Source: an uncultured delta proteobacterium
GTDB taxonomy: Bacteria > Desulfobacterota > Zymogenia > Zymogenales > Zymogenaceae
DNA: 64,000 nt
Assembly: GCA_963792965.1 (NCBI GenBank)
Contig: CAWBYW010000013.1
Location: 96,001 to 160,000, forward strand
Direction of reading: 5' to 3'
The position numbers and the translations under genes were made by a program. A model generated the notes under the pieces. It made no database searches. It had not been told where the DNA came from and was given only the letters and a program-made list of their open reading frames with translations. Below, in pieces: positions 1-11,486 of this stretch; the stretch's first letter is position 1, and every line of letters starts with the position of its first letter.

Positions 1-1
1 T

Positions 2-865
2 CACTACCTCAAGGACTACGCGCAGTTTTACGTAAAAGACGAGTCAAAGGAGATGAAGTTCGGGATGCCCGCTCTCCATTTCGCGGGGCCTTCCGTCGGC
101 GTCCTTTTGGTGCACGGGTATCTGACTTCTCCCGAACAGATGCGTCCGCTCCTCGAATACCTGACGCATCAGGGCATTACGGCCTATAACGTGAGGCTCG
201 CCGGACACGGGACGTCCGCGCTTGACCTGGCGACGACCGACCGACGGCAGTGGTTTTATTCCGTCCGTCTCGGCTACACGATCCTTTCCCAGCTGGTCGA
301 GAGAGTCTTCGTGTGCGGATTCGGGTTAGGAGGCGTGCTCGGGTGGTTGTTGGCGGCGCAAGAACCACCGAGGCTTGCCGGGGTGGTCTCAATATCGGCA
401 GCCATGCGGCAAGACGACCGGTTTGCCGCGCTGGCGCCCTCGATGGACTTTGTGGATCACCTGGCCAGAAAGATAGGAATAAGAAAGAGACCGATCGAGT
501 TTATGAAAAAGGAGTCCGAAAACCCTCACTTCACCTACCCGAAGAATCCGGTGCATGGGATGTATCAGATCCGTGTCCTGATTCGTGAGGTCAGGCGACA
601 GTTATCCCAGGTCACCGTCCCGGCGTTGATCATCCAGGGGGGCGACAACCCCGCCGTCGACCCCGAGGGCGCCCGGGAATATTTCGACGCCGTTTCATCA
701 AAGGTGAAGGGAATCATCCCGGTGGAGAGCCCGTACCACGGCATCACCTACCGGGGGGACGACGAGATCTTCGGGCGGATCGCGGCGTTCGTGAGAGACC
801 CCGTGGAGGGGGTTGCAGACTTCTCCGAGCGCGTCTTGAACGGGAAGAAGGACAAAGGAAGCTGA
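2..865 (+). CDS. Alpha/beta-hydrolase (carboxylesterase-like) domain; frame open to the left edge, so probably the C-terminal part of a longer protein
   Basis: GVLLVHGY...P, RLAGHGT and PALIIQG motifs, C-terminal His (YHGI). No stop in this frame between position 2 and the ATG at 53. Nucleophile elbow reads GFGLGG. Confidence 0.8.
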   Translation, partial: HYLKDYAQFYVKDESKEMKFGMPALHFAGPSVGVLLVHGYLTSPEQMRPLLEYLTHQGITAYNVRLAGHGTSALDLATTDRRQWFYSVRLGYTILSQLVERVFVCGFGLGGVLGWLLAAQEPPRLAGVVSISAAMRQDDRFAALAPSMDFVDHLARKIGIRKRPIEFMKKESENPHFTYPKNPVHGMYQIRVLIREVRRQLSQVTVPALIIQGGDNPAVDPEGAREYFDAVSSKVKGIIPVESPYHGITYRGDDEIFGRIAAFVRDPVEGVADFSERVLNGKKDKGS

Positions 866-916
866 TTCGATTGATGTAATGGGCCGAGGTGTGAGCGGGG
901 GAGACAGGTAAGCCGT

Positions 917-1522
917 TCAGTCGCTTGTACTATTCTTTCCGTAAAGAGCCGCTACCCTCGCCAGGAGCGTCCTGACCCTCTCGGTCTCGGGACTCCTCCG
1001 GGCTTCCTCGACCGCAGGAGAGTCATCCCGGTAAGCGACGCACGAGTCGATCATGGCCGGCCTCATCGTGATGAACCACTTGAGCCTTTCTGTCGGCGTC
1101 ATCTCGTCAAGGATGTCACCAAAGGAGTCCTTGAGAGCCAGGTACTGCCCCTGTACCGAGGCGTGGCACGCTTCCATGACGACGTTGGTCAGGTGGCTGC
1201 AGCCGTCTTTGCCCCCGATGGTCTGTTCCATCCTCTGGGTGAGCCCCCTCTTAATCTCGAGCCCGAGTGCCCCCTTGAGGGACGCCAGAGCCTCACGGCA
1301 GCGCTCGTGGGGGGTCCTGATCATCCGCCCCCGGATATCTCTAATTACCATGTCGGGTACCGAGATATCCAGAGTCACCTCCATCTCGTGAAAATTGTCG
1401 GCCATATGGGCGACGACGGTGATGCCTCCGTCGATCAGGTGGATATTGACGTCCTTTTTTCGGTTGAAGACGGGCCGGCTCGCGGGCAGCGCCCCTTTAC
1501 CGGCTTCGGTTTCTTGTGCCAT
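917..1522 (-). CDS. DUF2889-like conserved protein
   Basis: D-x-x-H-E-M, 'RTPHERC' and 'GGKDGCSHL' pattern plus a C-terminal 'DSCVAY'; directly downstream of purA. Confidence 0.7.
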   Translation of the reverse strand: MAQETEAGKGALPASRPVFNRKKDVNIHLIDGGITVVAHMADNFHEMEVTLDISVPDMVIRDIRGRMIRTPHERCREALASLKGALGLEIKRGLTQRMEQTIGGKDGCSHLTNVVMEACHASVQGQYLALKDSFGDILDEMTPTERLKWFITMRPAMIDSCVAYRDDSPAVEEARRSPETERVRTLLARVAALYGKNSTSD

Positions 1523-1569
1523 GAGTGCCTTCGTTTTTTGCCGCGCCTCTTTGGGTGCGCGGGATGTTC

Positions 1570-2880
<1,311 letters not shown>

Positions 2881-2928
2881 TTACCCCAAAAATAATGCGC
2901 ATGGGTCCACTCATCGCCGAGGACGACG

Positions 2929-2957
2929 AGTATAGCATGCGCGAGATTTCAGGTCAA
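2929..2957 (-). promoter_or_regulatory. Sigma70-type promoter for purA
   Basis: Minus strand TTGACC-17 nt-TATACT, with TG extended -10. Confidence 0.65.
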
Positions 2958-3052
2958 AATGAAAACGTTCCGAGCCCACAGGCCCGGGGGAGCGCCCCGT
3001 GCTGAGAAGATCGCCTTCTTGACGCCTGTGCGCCGCCCGCTGTGTCGACGGC

Positions 3053-4633
3053 TCAGAGCTTCACCTGCTGGACCGATATCATGTGGGGGAGTTTTTTCAG
3101 CTTTTCGATCACCGCGGGCGTCACCTCGCAGTCCACCGAGAGGATGACCAGGGCGTTGCCGCCTTCCTTGTCTCTTGCCAGATGCATCCGGGCGATGTTG
3201 ACGTTATTCTCTCCGAGCGTGGTCCCGAGTCCGCCGATGACGCCGGGCTTATCGAGGTTTTTTGTAACCAGCAGGATCCCCTCGGGGAAGGCCTCAAGGC
3301 TGAAATTGTCCAGTCTCACGATCCGGGGTGTTTCCGTCCCAAAGACGACGCCGGAAATGAGCTTCTCCCCCTCTTTCGTCTTCGCCCGAAGATTGACGAG
3401 ACCCGTAAAGCCGTCGGCCTCATCGCCCTTGGTCTCCACGACTTTGATTCCCCGCTCCTTGGCGATGATCGGTGCGTTGACAAAATTGGCCCCCTCCTCG
3501 AGGATCGGGTCGAGTATCCCCTTGAGGAAGGCGACGGTGACGGGCGGGGTGTCGATGGCCGAAGCCTCTCCGAGGTACTCGATGGTGATCTGGTCCAGCC
3601 CCGGCAGCCCGAGCTGGGACAAGAACGAGCCCATCTTCTCGGCCAGGATGATGTAGGGTCTGAGCAACGGGGCCGACTCGGGGCTCACCGAGGGCATATT
3701 GACGGCGTTCCTGACGATCCCTTTGGTGAGAAAATCGACGATCTGCGCGGCAACCGCCACGGCCACGTTATCCTGTGCCTCCTCGGTTGATGCACCGAGG
3801 TGGGGGGTGAAGATAATTCGATCGTCCTTGAAGAGGTCGCTCGGCTCCGGGGGCTCTTTGGCGAAGACGTCGAGCGCGGCTCCGGCCACGATCCCCTCGC
3901 CCAGCGCCCAGAGGAGGTCGGCCTCGTTCACGAGGCCGCCGCGGGCGCAGTTGATGATGAAGACACCCTTCTTCATCTTTTTGAATGCGCTCTTGTTAAT
4001 CATCCCCATCGTCTCATCGGTTTTGGGGACATGGATGGTGATATAGTCCGCGCGGGCGTAGAGGTCGTCCAGGCTCACCAGCTCGACACCGAGCTTGCCG
4101 GCAATCTCGCTGTTGATGAAGGGGTCGGAGGTAATGACGCGCATCTTGAGGCCGAGAGCCCTGTCGGCGACGATTCGTCCGACGTTGCCCAGGCCGATGA
4201 CGCCGAGCGTCTTGTTGAAGACCTCTTTGCCCATGAACTTCTTCTTCTCCCACTTTCCTTCCCGCATGGACGCCGTGGCCTGGGGGATAAATCGGGAGAG
4301 GGAGAGCATCATCGAGATTGCGTGCTCGGCCGTCGTGATGGTGTTCCCTCCCGGGGTGTTCATGACGACGATGCCTTTTCGGCTGGCGGCCGGTACATCG
4401 ACGTTGTCGACACCGGTGCCGGCCCTCCCGATGACCTTCAGGTTCGTCGCGGCCTCGATGATATCGGGAGTCATCTTCGTGGCCGAGCGAACGGCGATAC
4501 CGTCATATTTCCCGATGATCTCCTTGAGCTGTTCGGGCTTGAGGCCGGTGATGACGTCGACTTGGATCCCTTCGGCATTTTTCAGTATCTCAACCGCCTT
4601 TTCAGACATGCTGTCGCTAATAAGGACTTTCAT
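3053..4633 (-). CDS. serA: D-3-phosphoglycerate dehydrogenase (with ASB and ACT domains)
   Basis: RAGTGVDNVD, GLGNVG, INCARGG, TPHLGASTEEAQ, C-terminal ACT 'DKPGVIG'. Confidence 0.97.
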   Translation of the reverse strand: MKVLISDSMSEKAVEILKNAEGIQVDVITGLKPEQLKEIIGKYDGIAVRSATKMTPDIIEAATNLKVIGRAGTGVDNVDVPAASRKGIVVMNTPGGNTITTAEHAISMMLSLSRFIPQATASMREGKWEKKKFMGKEVFNKTLGVIGLGNVGRIVADRALGLKMRVITSDPFINSEIAGKLGVELVSLDDLYARADYITIHVPKTDETMGMINKSAFKKMKKGVFIINCARGGLVNEADLLWALGEGIVAGAALDVFAKEPPEPSDLFKDDRIIFTPHLGASTEEAQDNVAVAVAAQIVDFLTKGIVRNAVNMPSVSPESAPLLRPYIILAEKMGSFLSQLGLPGLDQITIEYLGEASAIDTPPVTVAFLKGILDPILEEGANFVNAPIIAKERGIKVVETKGDEADGFTGLVNLRAKTKEGEKLISGVVFGTETPRIVRLDNFSLEAFPEGILLVTKNLDKPGVIGGLGTTLGENNVNIARMHLARDKEGGNALVILSVDCEVTPAVIEKLKKLPHMISVQQVKL

Positions 4634-4650
4634 CTATCCGGTTTCCTTTT

Positions 4651-5793
4651 CTACTCGAGGTTTTTGAGGATGTCTTCGGCCACGCTCACGCCGCTGCCGA
4701 GCCGAACGGCAAAGCCGAGGTTCTTGAGGACCATCTCGACGGCCGCCAGCGTCATGATGATGTCGAAACGGTCCACCCATCCCATATGGGCGATCCTGAA
4801 AATCTTCCCCTTGAAGCTGTCCTGACCGCCGGCCACCGTGATGCCGTAGACGGTCCGCAGCCCTTTGACGATATCCCCGCCCGCGATGTTCGCCGGGGCC
4901 TTGATGGCGGTGATGGAGTTGCTCGGTGACGAGGGAGCAACCAGCTCAAGCCCCATGGCCAGAGCACCCTTGCGGGTGGCGTCGGCCATCACCTCGAAGC
5001 GCTTGAGGAGTTTTTCCAGCCCAATTTCCCTGATGATGGCCAGCGCCTCCCTGAGGCCCACGATGAGCGAGACAGCGGGTGTGTAGGCGTTCTGGTTCTT
5101 GGCGAGGTTCTTCTCTTCCTTCTTGAAATCGAGGTAATACTTAGGAAGGGTGGCGCGGGACGCGAATTCCCACGCCTTATCGGACACCGAGGCAAATGCG
5201 AGCCCGGGCGGCAGCATGAGGCCCTTCTGGGATCCGGCAACGACCACGTCCAGTCCCCATTCATCGACGGGGAGCGGGATAACGCCCAGCGCCGAGATCG
5301 CGTCGACAATGAGAATAGTGTCGCTCTTCTTCTTGACGATGTCCGCGATCGCCTTGACCGGGTGGCCCACCCCGGTGGAGGTCTCGGACGCCTGTATGAG
5401 AACGGCCTTGGCGTCTTTATGGGCCTTGAGCGCCTCTTCGATCTGCTCGGGCTTTACGGCCTGGCCCCAGGGGACATCGATGTTGATGGAACTTACCCCA
5501 TAGGCGGCTGCGATCTCGGCCCAGCGCTCGCCGAACTTACCGCCCCGCACGGTGATGACCGTGTCGCCGGCCGACAGCGTGTTGACGACGGCCGCTTCCA
5601 TCGCCCCCGTCCCGGAGGACGTGTGGATGATGACCTCTTTCTTGGTCTGGTAGAGGTACTTAAGCCCCTCGCGCACCTCGGCCAAGATCCCTTCGAACTT
5701 CGGCGCCCGATGGTGGATGATAGGGCCGGACATCGCTTTGAGAACCCGTTCCGGTACCGGCGTCGGCCCGGGCGTCATAAGGTATTCTTTCAT
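4651..5793 (-). CDS. Class V PLP aminotransferase (alanine/serine-glyoxylate type), probably acting as phosphoserine aminotransferase
   Basis: LMTPGPTPVP, SGTGAMEA, ETSTG, DAISA, GSQKGLMLPPG; immediately upstream of serA. Confidence 0.9.
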   Translation of the reverse strand: MKEYLMTPGPTPVPERVLKAMSGPIIHHRAPKFEGILAEVREGLKYLYQTKKEVIIHTSSGTGAMEAAVVNTLSAGDTVITVRGGKFGERWAEIAAAYGVSSINIDVPWGQAVKPEQIEEALKAHKDAKAVLIQASETSTGVGHPVKAIADIVKKKSDTILIVDAISALGVIPLPVDEWGLDVVVAGSQKGLMLPPGLAFASVSDKAWEFASRATLPKYYLDFKKEEKNLAKNQNAYTPAVSLIVGLREALAIIREIGLEKLLKRFEVMADATRKGALAMGLELVAPSSPSNSITAIKAPANIAGGDIVKGLRTVYGITVAGGQDSFKGKIFRIAHMGWVDRFDIIMTLAAVEMVLKNLGFAVRLGSGVSVAEDILKNLE

Positions 5794-5877
5794 GAGTCAT
5801 TTCCTTAAAAATAGTCAATAGCGCCACACTTTGTTATCAAAATTGCGTCACGTTGTCAAGAATAAATGAATAATGGT

Positions 5878-7581
5878 TCATTTTTTGGCTGAAAGCACGG
5901 TGGCTTCATACGGCTTGATGTACCAGGTGGCCGACGTGAACGCGTCCCCCTCATCACGACAGTTGGATACGACGACCTCCCAGGTCTGCGGTCTCCCTTC
6001 TGTTCCGAGGCACTCCTTGGGCACAAAGTCAAAGGAGTGCTTTGTAAAGTTGAGCACGACCAGGCACTTCTCGTCACGATACTCTCTGAGATATGCGAGG
6101 ATGCCCCGGGGGGTATGTGACAGCATCGTCATGGTCCCCCGGACAAGCGCCTCCATCCGTTTCCTCTTCCAGATGACCTTCCTGTAGAACGACAACAGCG
6201 AGGCGGGATCCTTGGCTTCGGCCGCGACGTTGACAGTCGACCAGTTCGGGTGGATCGGAAGCCACGTAGGGCTCCCCTTCGAAAAGCCGGCGGAGGTCGT
6301 GTCGTCCCACTGCATGGGCGTCCGGGAGGGGTCCCTCCCGACGGGGACGGGCCAGTAACGTATTCCCACGGGATCCTTGAGATCGCGCCTCTTAATATGG
6401 AGGTTTTTCATCCCGATCTCTTCCCCGTAGTAGAGGAAGGGAGTGCCCCGCACGGTCAGCAGCAGCATCGCCGCCACCTCGGCGCGAGAGACGGTCTGGG
6501 CCTCGTCGCCCTTCTCAAATCTGCCGGTATGCCGTGGACGGTCGTGATTTGAGAGGAAGTAGGTGGGCCAGGCGTCCCTGGGGAGTGCTTTTTCCCACGA
6601 ATCGACGGCCGATCGGAAGTCATCGGCACAGAAGGGCTGGTTGGCGAAATGAAAATAGAACGCGAGGTTGAGTCCGTCACCGCCCGTCCCATAGTACCGG
6701 GCGGGCTCGAGGGGGTCGTCATTTGCAATTTCCCCGACGAGCATCCTCTCGTCGTAGGAGTCGACAAGCTTCCTCATCTCGCGGACGACCTCCATGTTCT
6801 TGGGGAGATCCTTGTCGTAGAGGTGGCGCTGCATGTCGTAGGGCCTTCGGCCCATGACGTAGGGGTTTGAGCGGAGTTTGACATCCTTGAAGACGTGATT
6901 GATGACGTCCAGCCGAAACCCGTCCACTCCCTTATCAAGCCAAAATTTCATCTGATCGTACATCGCTTGCCGAAGCTTCTTATTGTTCCAGTTCACGTCG
7001 GGCTGCTCGGGGAGGAAGTGGTGGTAATAGTATTGCTGGGTCGTTTCGTCCCAGGTCCAGGCCGGTCCGCCGAAGACGGACTGCCAGTTGTTGGGGCGGA
7101 AACGCCGGGGTGGTGGATTATCGTTTGAATATCGCCTCTTGGGGGGGTGGGCGGGCGACGCCCAGATATACCAATCCCGCTTGGGATTAGTGCGCGAACT
7201 CCTGGATTCGACGAACCAGGGGTGCAGGTGCGAGGTGTGGTTGGGGACGAAATCGAGGATGATCTTGATGTTGCGCTTATGGGCCTCGGAAAGGAGCCGG
7301 TCAAAATCGGCCATGTTGCCGAAGACCGGGTCGATATCAGTATAGCTTGAGATATCGTAGCCGAAATCGAACATCGGTGACGGGTAGAAGGGAGAAAACC
7401 AGATCGCATCGATGCCAAGCGAATTCTCGGTGCCGTCGTTGAGGTAGTCAAGACGAGCGGTGATGCCCGCTATGTCCCCGATTCCGTCGCCGTTTGCGTC
7501 CATGAAGCTTCGCGGGTAGATCTGATAGACGACCCCGTCTTTCCACCAGACGTCGCCGGTCCGGGTATCTTTTTTCTTCAT
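5878..7581 (-). CDS. GH13 alpha-glucosidase / oligo-1,6-glucosidase family
   Basis: WWKDGVVYQIYPRSFMD, VPNHTS, GVDGFRLDV, VGE, SNHD, GRDPSRTPMQW. Start placed at ATG 7581 (GGAG upstream). Confidence 0.93.
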   Translation of the reverse strand: MKKKDTRTGDVWWKDGVVYQIYPRSFMDANGDGIGDIAGITARLDYLNDGTENSLGIDAIWFSPFYPSPMFDFGYDISSYTDIDPVFGNMADFDRLLSEAHKRNIKIILDFVPNHTSHLHPWFVESRSSRTNPKRDWYIWASPAHPPKRRYSNDNPPPRRFRPNNWQSVFGGPAWTWDETTQQYYYHHFLPEQPDVNWNNKKLRQAMYDQMKFWLDKGVDGFRLDVINHVFKDVKLRSNPYVMGRRPYDMQRHLYDKDLPKNMEVVREMRKLVDSYDERMLVGEIANDDPLEPARYYGTGGDGLNLAFYFHFANQPFCADDFRSAVDSWEKALPRDAWPTYFLSNHDRPRHTGRFEKGDEAQTVSRAEVAAMLLLTVRGTPFLYYGEEIGMKNLHIKRRDLKDPVGIRYWPVPVGRDPSRTPMQWDDTTSAGFSKGSPTWLPIHPNWSTVNVAAEAKDPASLLSFYRKVIWKRKRMEALVRGTMTMLSHTPRGILAYLREYRDEKCLVVLNFTKHSFDFVPKECLGTEGRPQTWEVVVSNCRDEGDAFTSATWYIKPYEATVLSAKK

Positions 7582-7705
7582 ATACGCTCCAATCAAGAAT
7601 GACGCACCGAATCAATATCAGATTTTGGGCGGGTATACAAGAAGAGAATCGAGGCGAGGTCGAGCCCGCCGGCGAAAGCTCAGCCCCTTCATCGGACCTT
7701 CGGCG

Positions 7706-9232
7706 TTATACTTCCTGGTCTGTGGAGGTGACGATAATGGCGGCCTCGCCACCTACCGGGCATTTGAACTCGCAGATTCCGCAGCCGACACAGCGATCGT
7801 ACACGACGTAGGGTTTTCTGAGGGGTGTCCCGTCGAGGGACGTTTCCCCGGTATCGTGAAATTGTATGGCATTGCCGTCCACCGGACAGTGTTCCTCGCA
7901 GACCGCGCAATTGGTCCCGTACGCGTGGGGGAAGCACCGGCTGGTGTCTATGTACGCCTTGCCGATAACGGTCGTGGCTTTTTCGGATATGGAGAGTTTC
8001 CTGATCGCGTGGGTGGGGCAGACCTGCCCGCAGAGGGTGCAGTGGAATTCACAATACCCGACGCGCGGCACGAGGACCGGCGAAAAGAGCCCCTCGAGGC
8101 CGGCTCTCCCGAGGTCCGGCTGCAGGCCGCCGGTTGGACAGGCCATCATGCACTCGGAGCACTTGACGCAGAGATGGAGAAACTCGTCCTCATCGACGGC
8201 TCCCGCGGGCCTCATGAAGCGCGACAGCCCCTTGGTTTCCTTGAGTTTCCTGATGGGAGCCACGGCAAACAGCGGCGCCGCGATCACGCCGGCCAGAAGC
8301 GACGACAGCACGTAGCGCCTCTTGAGGCTCGGGGCCGTTCTCTTGGCCTTGAGGCCGAGCCGATAGGAGACTTTTTCCTTTTCGCATGACCGAGCGCAGC
8401 TCATCGTCAGGATACACTCTCCCTTCTGAAACTTCCCATCCTTATCAAAGGCGTCCATTTCGCAGACCTCTCGGCACGCCGCGCAGTCGCGGCAGAGCGC
8501 CGCGGGTTTCCGCTTCAACAGTGAGGCGCCCGCACAGAGCCCGAGGAAGGCACCGAGGGGGCAGAGATACCGGCACCAGAATCGGGGCCTGATCTTCTCG
8601 AGAAAGATGATCGTCAGGAAAACCAGGAGGCTTGCCAGCGAAAGGAAAAAATGTCCCTGCTGGAAGGGGAGGACGGTGCTCCTGAGGAAATTGCTGACAT
8701 GCTCGGAGACCGACGTGACGCCGGGCAGATGCCAGTAATAGAGCTGATCGAATACGGCGGTCACCGCCTTGGAGAAGATCGGGTAGAGCGCCAGCGTGAA
8801 AGACCTGATGAGGATGCTGATAGGATCAAAGAGCCCCGTCAGGTTGATTGAAAAGAGCGCCGAAACAAGCACGATGATCAACAGGTAATATTTGATATTT
8901 TTCGACGGCTCCCACCGCGTCTTCCTTGGCGAGAGCGCGGGCCGAAACAGGTCAAGGGTTCCCCCGAGGGGGCAGAGCCATCCACAGAAGAAACGCCCGA
9001 GGATCAGGGTTGCCCCCACCAGGAGGAGGGAGGGCAGGAAAAATGCGTTAAGGGCCCTTGACGAAAGGAGGTTCCCGATCGCGGCGAGGGGATCTACCTG
9101 GAAGAAGACGTTTATCGGGTAATTGATCTCGTCTCCCCCGCGATACGTGGTGGTGATGAAAAGGATCGTGAAAATCAAAAGGATAAACAGCTGGATCACC
9201 CTTCTGGTGATCGACGTATTTTTTTTCTTCAT
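7706..9232 (-). CDS. Membrane-bound polyferredoxin (NapH/MauN-like domain plus NapG/MauM-like domain)
   Basis: TM helices, GRFFCGWLCPLG, RFWCRYLCPLG and several CxxCxxCxxxCP motifs. Confidence 0.88.
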   Translation of the reverse strand: MKKKNTSITRRVIQLFILLIFTILFITTTYRGGDEINYPINVFFQVDPLAAIGNLLSSRALNAFFLPSLLLVGATLILGRFFCGWLCPLGGTLDLFRPALSPRKTRWEPSKNIKYYLLIIVLVSALFSINLTGLFDPISILIRSFTLALYPIFSKAVTAVFDQLYYWHLPGVTSVSEHVSNFLRSTVLPFQQGHFFLSLASLLVFLTIIFLEKIRPRFWCRYLCPLGAFLGLCAGASLLKRKPAALCRDCAACREVCEMDAFDKDGKFQKGECILTMSCARSCEKEKVSYRLGLKAKRTAPSLKRRYVLSSLLAGVIAAPLFAVAPIRKLKETKGLSRFMRPAGAVDEDEFLHLCVKCSECMMACPTGGLQPDLGRAGLEGLFSPVLVPRVGYCEFHCTLCGQVCPTHAIRKLSISEKATTVIGKAYIDTSRCFPHAYGTNCAVCEEHCPVDGNAIQFHDTGETSLDGTPLRKPYVVYDRCVGCGICEFKCPVGGEAAIIVTSTDQEV

Positions 9233-9246
9233 GGCACGTATGAGTC

Positions 9247-10212
9247 TTATCCCCTTGCGGCGTTGATGGTGGTGACCTTGCTCAGATCGATCTCTCCCAG
9301 CCCCCGATTGTATGCGGCCTTGATGTGTCCGATATTGCTCCCGGTAAGCCCCAGGAGAAACGCCCCGTATGAATCGACGGCGACCGGGTCCGTTCCCGCG
9401 GCCATGACGTTGAGGACCCTGACGTCCTTCATGGTTCCCCGCTTCGGTCCGTTTCTGAACATCGTCCGCGAGCCGTCCAGCACGATGAGGGCGGGTTTTA
9501 TAAAGGTCGCGAGATCTGCGATCTTTTCATCGATGCCCCAGTGTACTTGCCCGCGATTCCCACCGATGAGGCCCATAAGCCCTTTCATCGACATCGTGAC
9601 GGTGGTGATTGAATGGGACTTCACGACCGGGACGCTTATTAGTTTGTCCACCTCCAGCGCGTCTCCGAAGAACGACCATTTCTTCAGGGCCTTTGCCCCG
9701 GGGATCTCGCGCCGCACCATCTTTTTGTCTTCGATATACTCGACCACGACTTTCGGGCTCTTGAGGGATTCCACGGCGTCTTTTATGCCGCTGGTATTAT
9801 ATGAGCGGCGGGAGTCGTCACACGAATAGTCGAACACGAGGATCTGGTCGGCGCCCGCGTCGAGGCAGAGCTCGACGACCGTTTTCGCCACCTCCGGGTG
9901 GGTGTTGGCCCCGAGCTCGGGCACCCTGTCCCACCCGATATTCGGATGTACCATTATCCGCTCGCCGCCGGTGATGAAGTTCTTCATGCCCCCCATGGCG
10001 TCCACGACGTCGATGACGAGATTTCGATAGTTGGTGCCGTTGGCGAATGCAATGGAAGTCTGCTTGGGTTGGGGGACGACGTTAACCTGCGCGGGTAAGG
10101 CCAGGCCCACATAGGCCATCGCCGATGTCTTCACCACCCCCTCGAGGAAGGTTCGCCGATCGACCCTGTTTGATAAGAGCTTCTTATCCTGATCGTGTTT
10201 TCCGTTGTCCAT
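9247..10212 (-). CDS. DUF362-family protein with Tat signal
   Basis: DRRTFL twin-arginine motif; PNIGWD, NTHP, VPVVKSH, GTDPVAVDS. Confidence 0.85.
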   Translation of the reverse strand: MDNGKHDQDKKLLSNRVDRRTFLEGVVKTSAMAYVGLALPAQVNVVPQPKQTSIAFANGTNYRNLVIDVVDAMGGMKNFITGGERIMVHPNIGWDRVPELGANTHPEVAKTVVELCLDAGADQILVFDYSCDDSRRSYNTSGIKDAVESLKSPKVVVEYIEDKKMVRREIPGAKALKKWSFFGDALEVDKLISVPVVKSHSITTVTMSMKGLMGLIGGNRGQVHWGIDEKIADLATFIKPALIVLDGSRTMFRNGPKRGTMKDVRVLNVMAAGTDPVAVDSYGAFLLGLTGSNIGHIKAAYNRGLGEIDLSKVTTINAARG

Positions 10213-10255
10213 GTGACTATTCCTTTCCTATCTCATATAGACAATAAGGGTTGTA

Positions 10256-11209
10256 CTATCCGCCGATGATCCTGACTTTCGAGAGATCTATCTGGCCCAG
10301 GCCCATATCGTACGCGCGGGCTATGTGGCCGATTTCGGTCCCTTTCATACCGAAGAGCGTCGCGCCCCAGGAGTCCACGGCAACGGGGTCGGTGCCGGCG
10401 ATCACACGGTTCATGACCTTTACGGAGCCAAGATCGGAGCCGGAGGGACCTCCATGGAGCATTATGCGGGTTGCGTCAAGAACGATAAGGGTCGGCCTGA
10501 TGAACGTTGAGATGTCGGCCAGCTTCTGATCGATTCCCCAGTGGATCTGCCCGCGGTTTTTCCCGATCACCCCCATGAGGTTTTTCATGGAGAGGGTGAG
10601 CGTCGTGGAGCCGTGGGTCTTGGCAACGGGGACATTGATGAGCTTGTCGGCATCGAGCGCCTCTTTATAAAACTCCCAGCGCGTGAGCTTCTTGGCACGC
10701 GGAAGGCTACGCTCGACCCATTTGTTATTGTCGATATACTCGATCTTCGCCCTCGGGTTCTTGAGTCCCTCAACGGCGCCCTTAATCCCGCTTGATACAT
10801 AGGTGCGTCGGGCGTCGTCACAACTGTTGTCAAAGACAAGCACCCGATCGGCTCCGGCCTCAAGGCACATCTCGACGATCGTCTTGACCACCAGCGGGTG
10901 GGTGTTACCGCCATATGGGGGAGGGCTGTCCCATGCGATGTTCGGCTTCACCACGACCCGCTCCCCGCCGGTGATGAAGGTGCGGATTCCGCCCAGCCCG
11001 TCGACGGCGTCGATGACGATATTTTTGTAGTTGGTTCCCTTCCCGATGGAGAGGGTAGACGGTGTGGCCCCGTAGATGCTCTCGGCCATCGTCGGCACCC
11101 CCGCAAAGAGGGCCAGCGACGTTGCCTTGATGACCCCGCCGAGGAATGAACGACGTCCCACCGATCGACGCGTGTATGGAAGGCTATCTTCTTCATCAAA
11201 ATCGTGCAT
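10256..11209 (-). CDS. DUF362-family protein with Tat signal (paralogue of the neighbour)
   Basis: GRRSFL; KPNIAWD, NTHP, VPVAKTH, MKNLMG, GTDPVAVDS. Start placed at MHDF (GGAGG upstream). Confidence 0.85.
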   Translation of the reverse strand: MHDFDEEDSLPYTRRSVGRRSFLGGVIKATSLALFAGVPTMAESIYGATPSTLSIGKGTNYKNIVIDAVDGLGGIRTFITGGERVVVKPNIAWDSPPPYGGNTHPLVVKTIVEMCLEAGADRVLVFDNSCDDARRTYVSSGIKGAVEGLKNPRAKIEYIDNNKWVERSLPRAKKLTRWEFYKEALDADKLINVPVAKTHGSTTLTLSMKNLMGVIGKNRGQIHWGIDQKLADISTFIRPTLIVLDATRIMLHGGPSGSDLGSVKVMNRVIAGTDPVAVDSWGATLFGMKGTEIGHIARAYDMGLGQIDLSKVRIIGG

Positions 11210-11438
11210 GCGAACCTCCCGAGCGGAAAATCCGGCGAAACTCGAGTCCGTTTGGCCGGGCACGGGCCGCCTGTTCTCGATCGAACGGGCGCGCCGCGTA
11301 AAGAGTTCTGAGTAGTATACCACACGATTTGTTCACTGTCCAGAAGAGATATCGATGTGATGGTGTCCTTTTTTACCGGGTGGGAAGGGCGGTGTCGTGA
11401 GGGAATGGTGGGATTCTCATTTCGGGAGGGAGGGATTT

Positions 11439-11473
11439 TCCGCTGAAGCGGGACGAAGTCCCGCTTCAGCGGA
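11439..11473. repeat. Perfect 16-bp inverted repeat (hairpin) just downstream of the barrel gene
   Basis: TCCGCTGAAGCGGGAC-GAA-GTCCCGCTTCAGCGGA; no U-tract follows on the coding (minus) strand. Confidence 0.75.
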
Positions 11474-11486
11474 GGTCTGCGATAAG

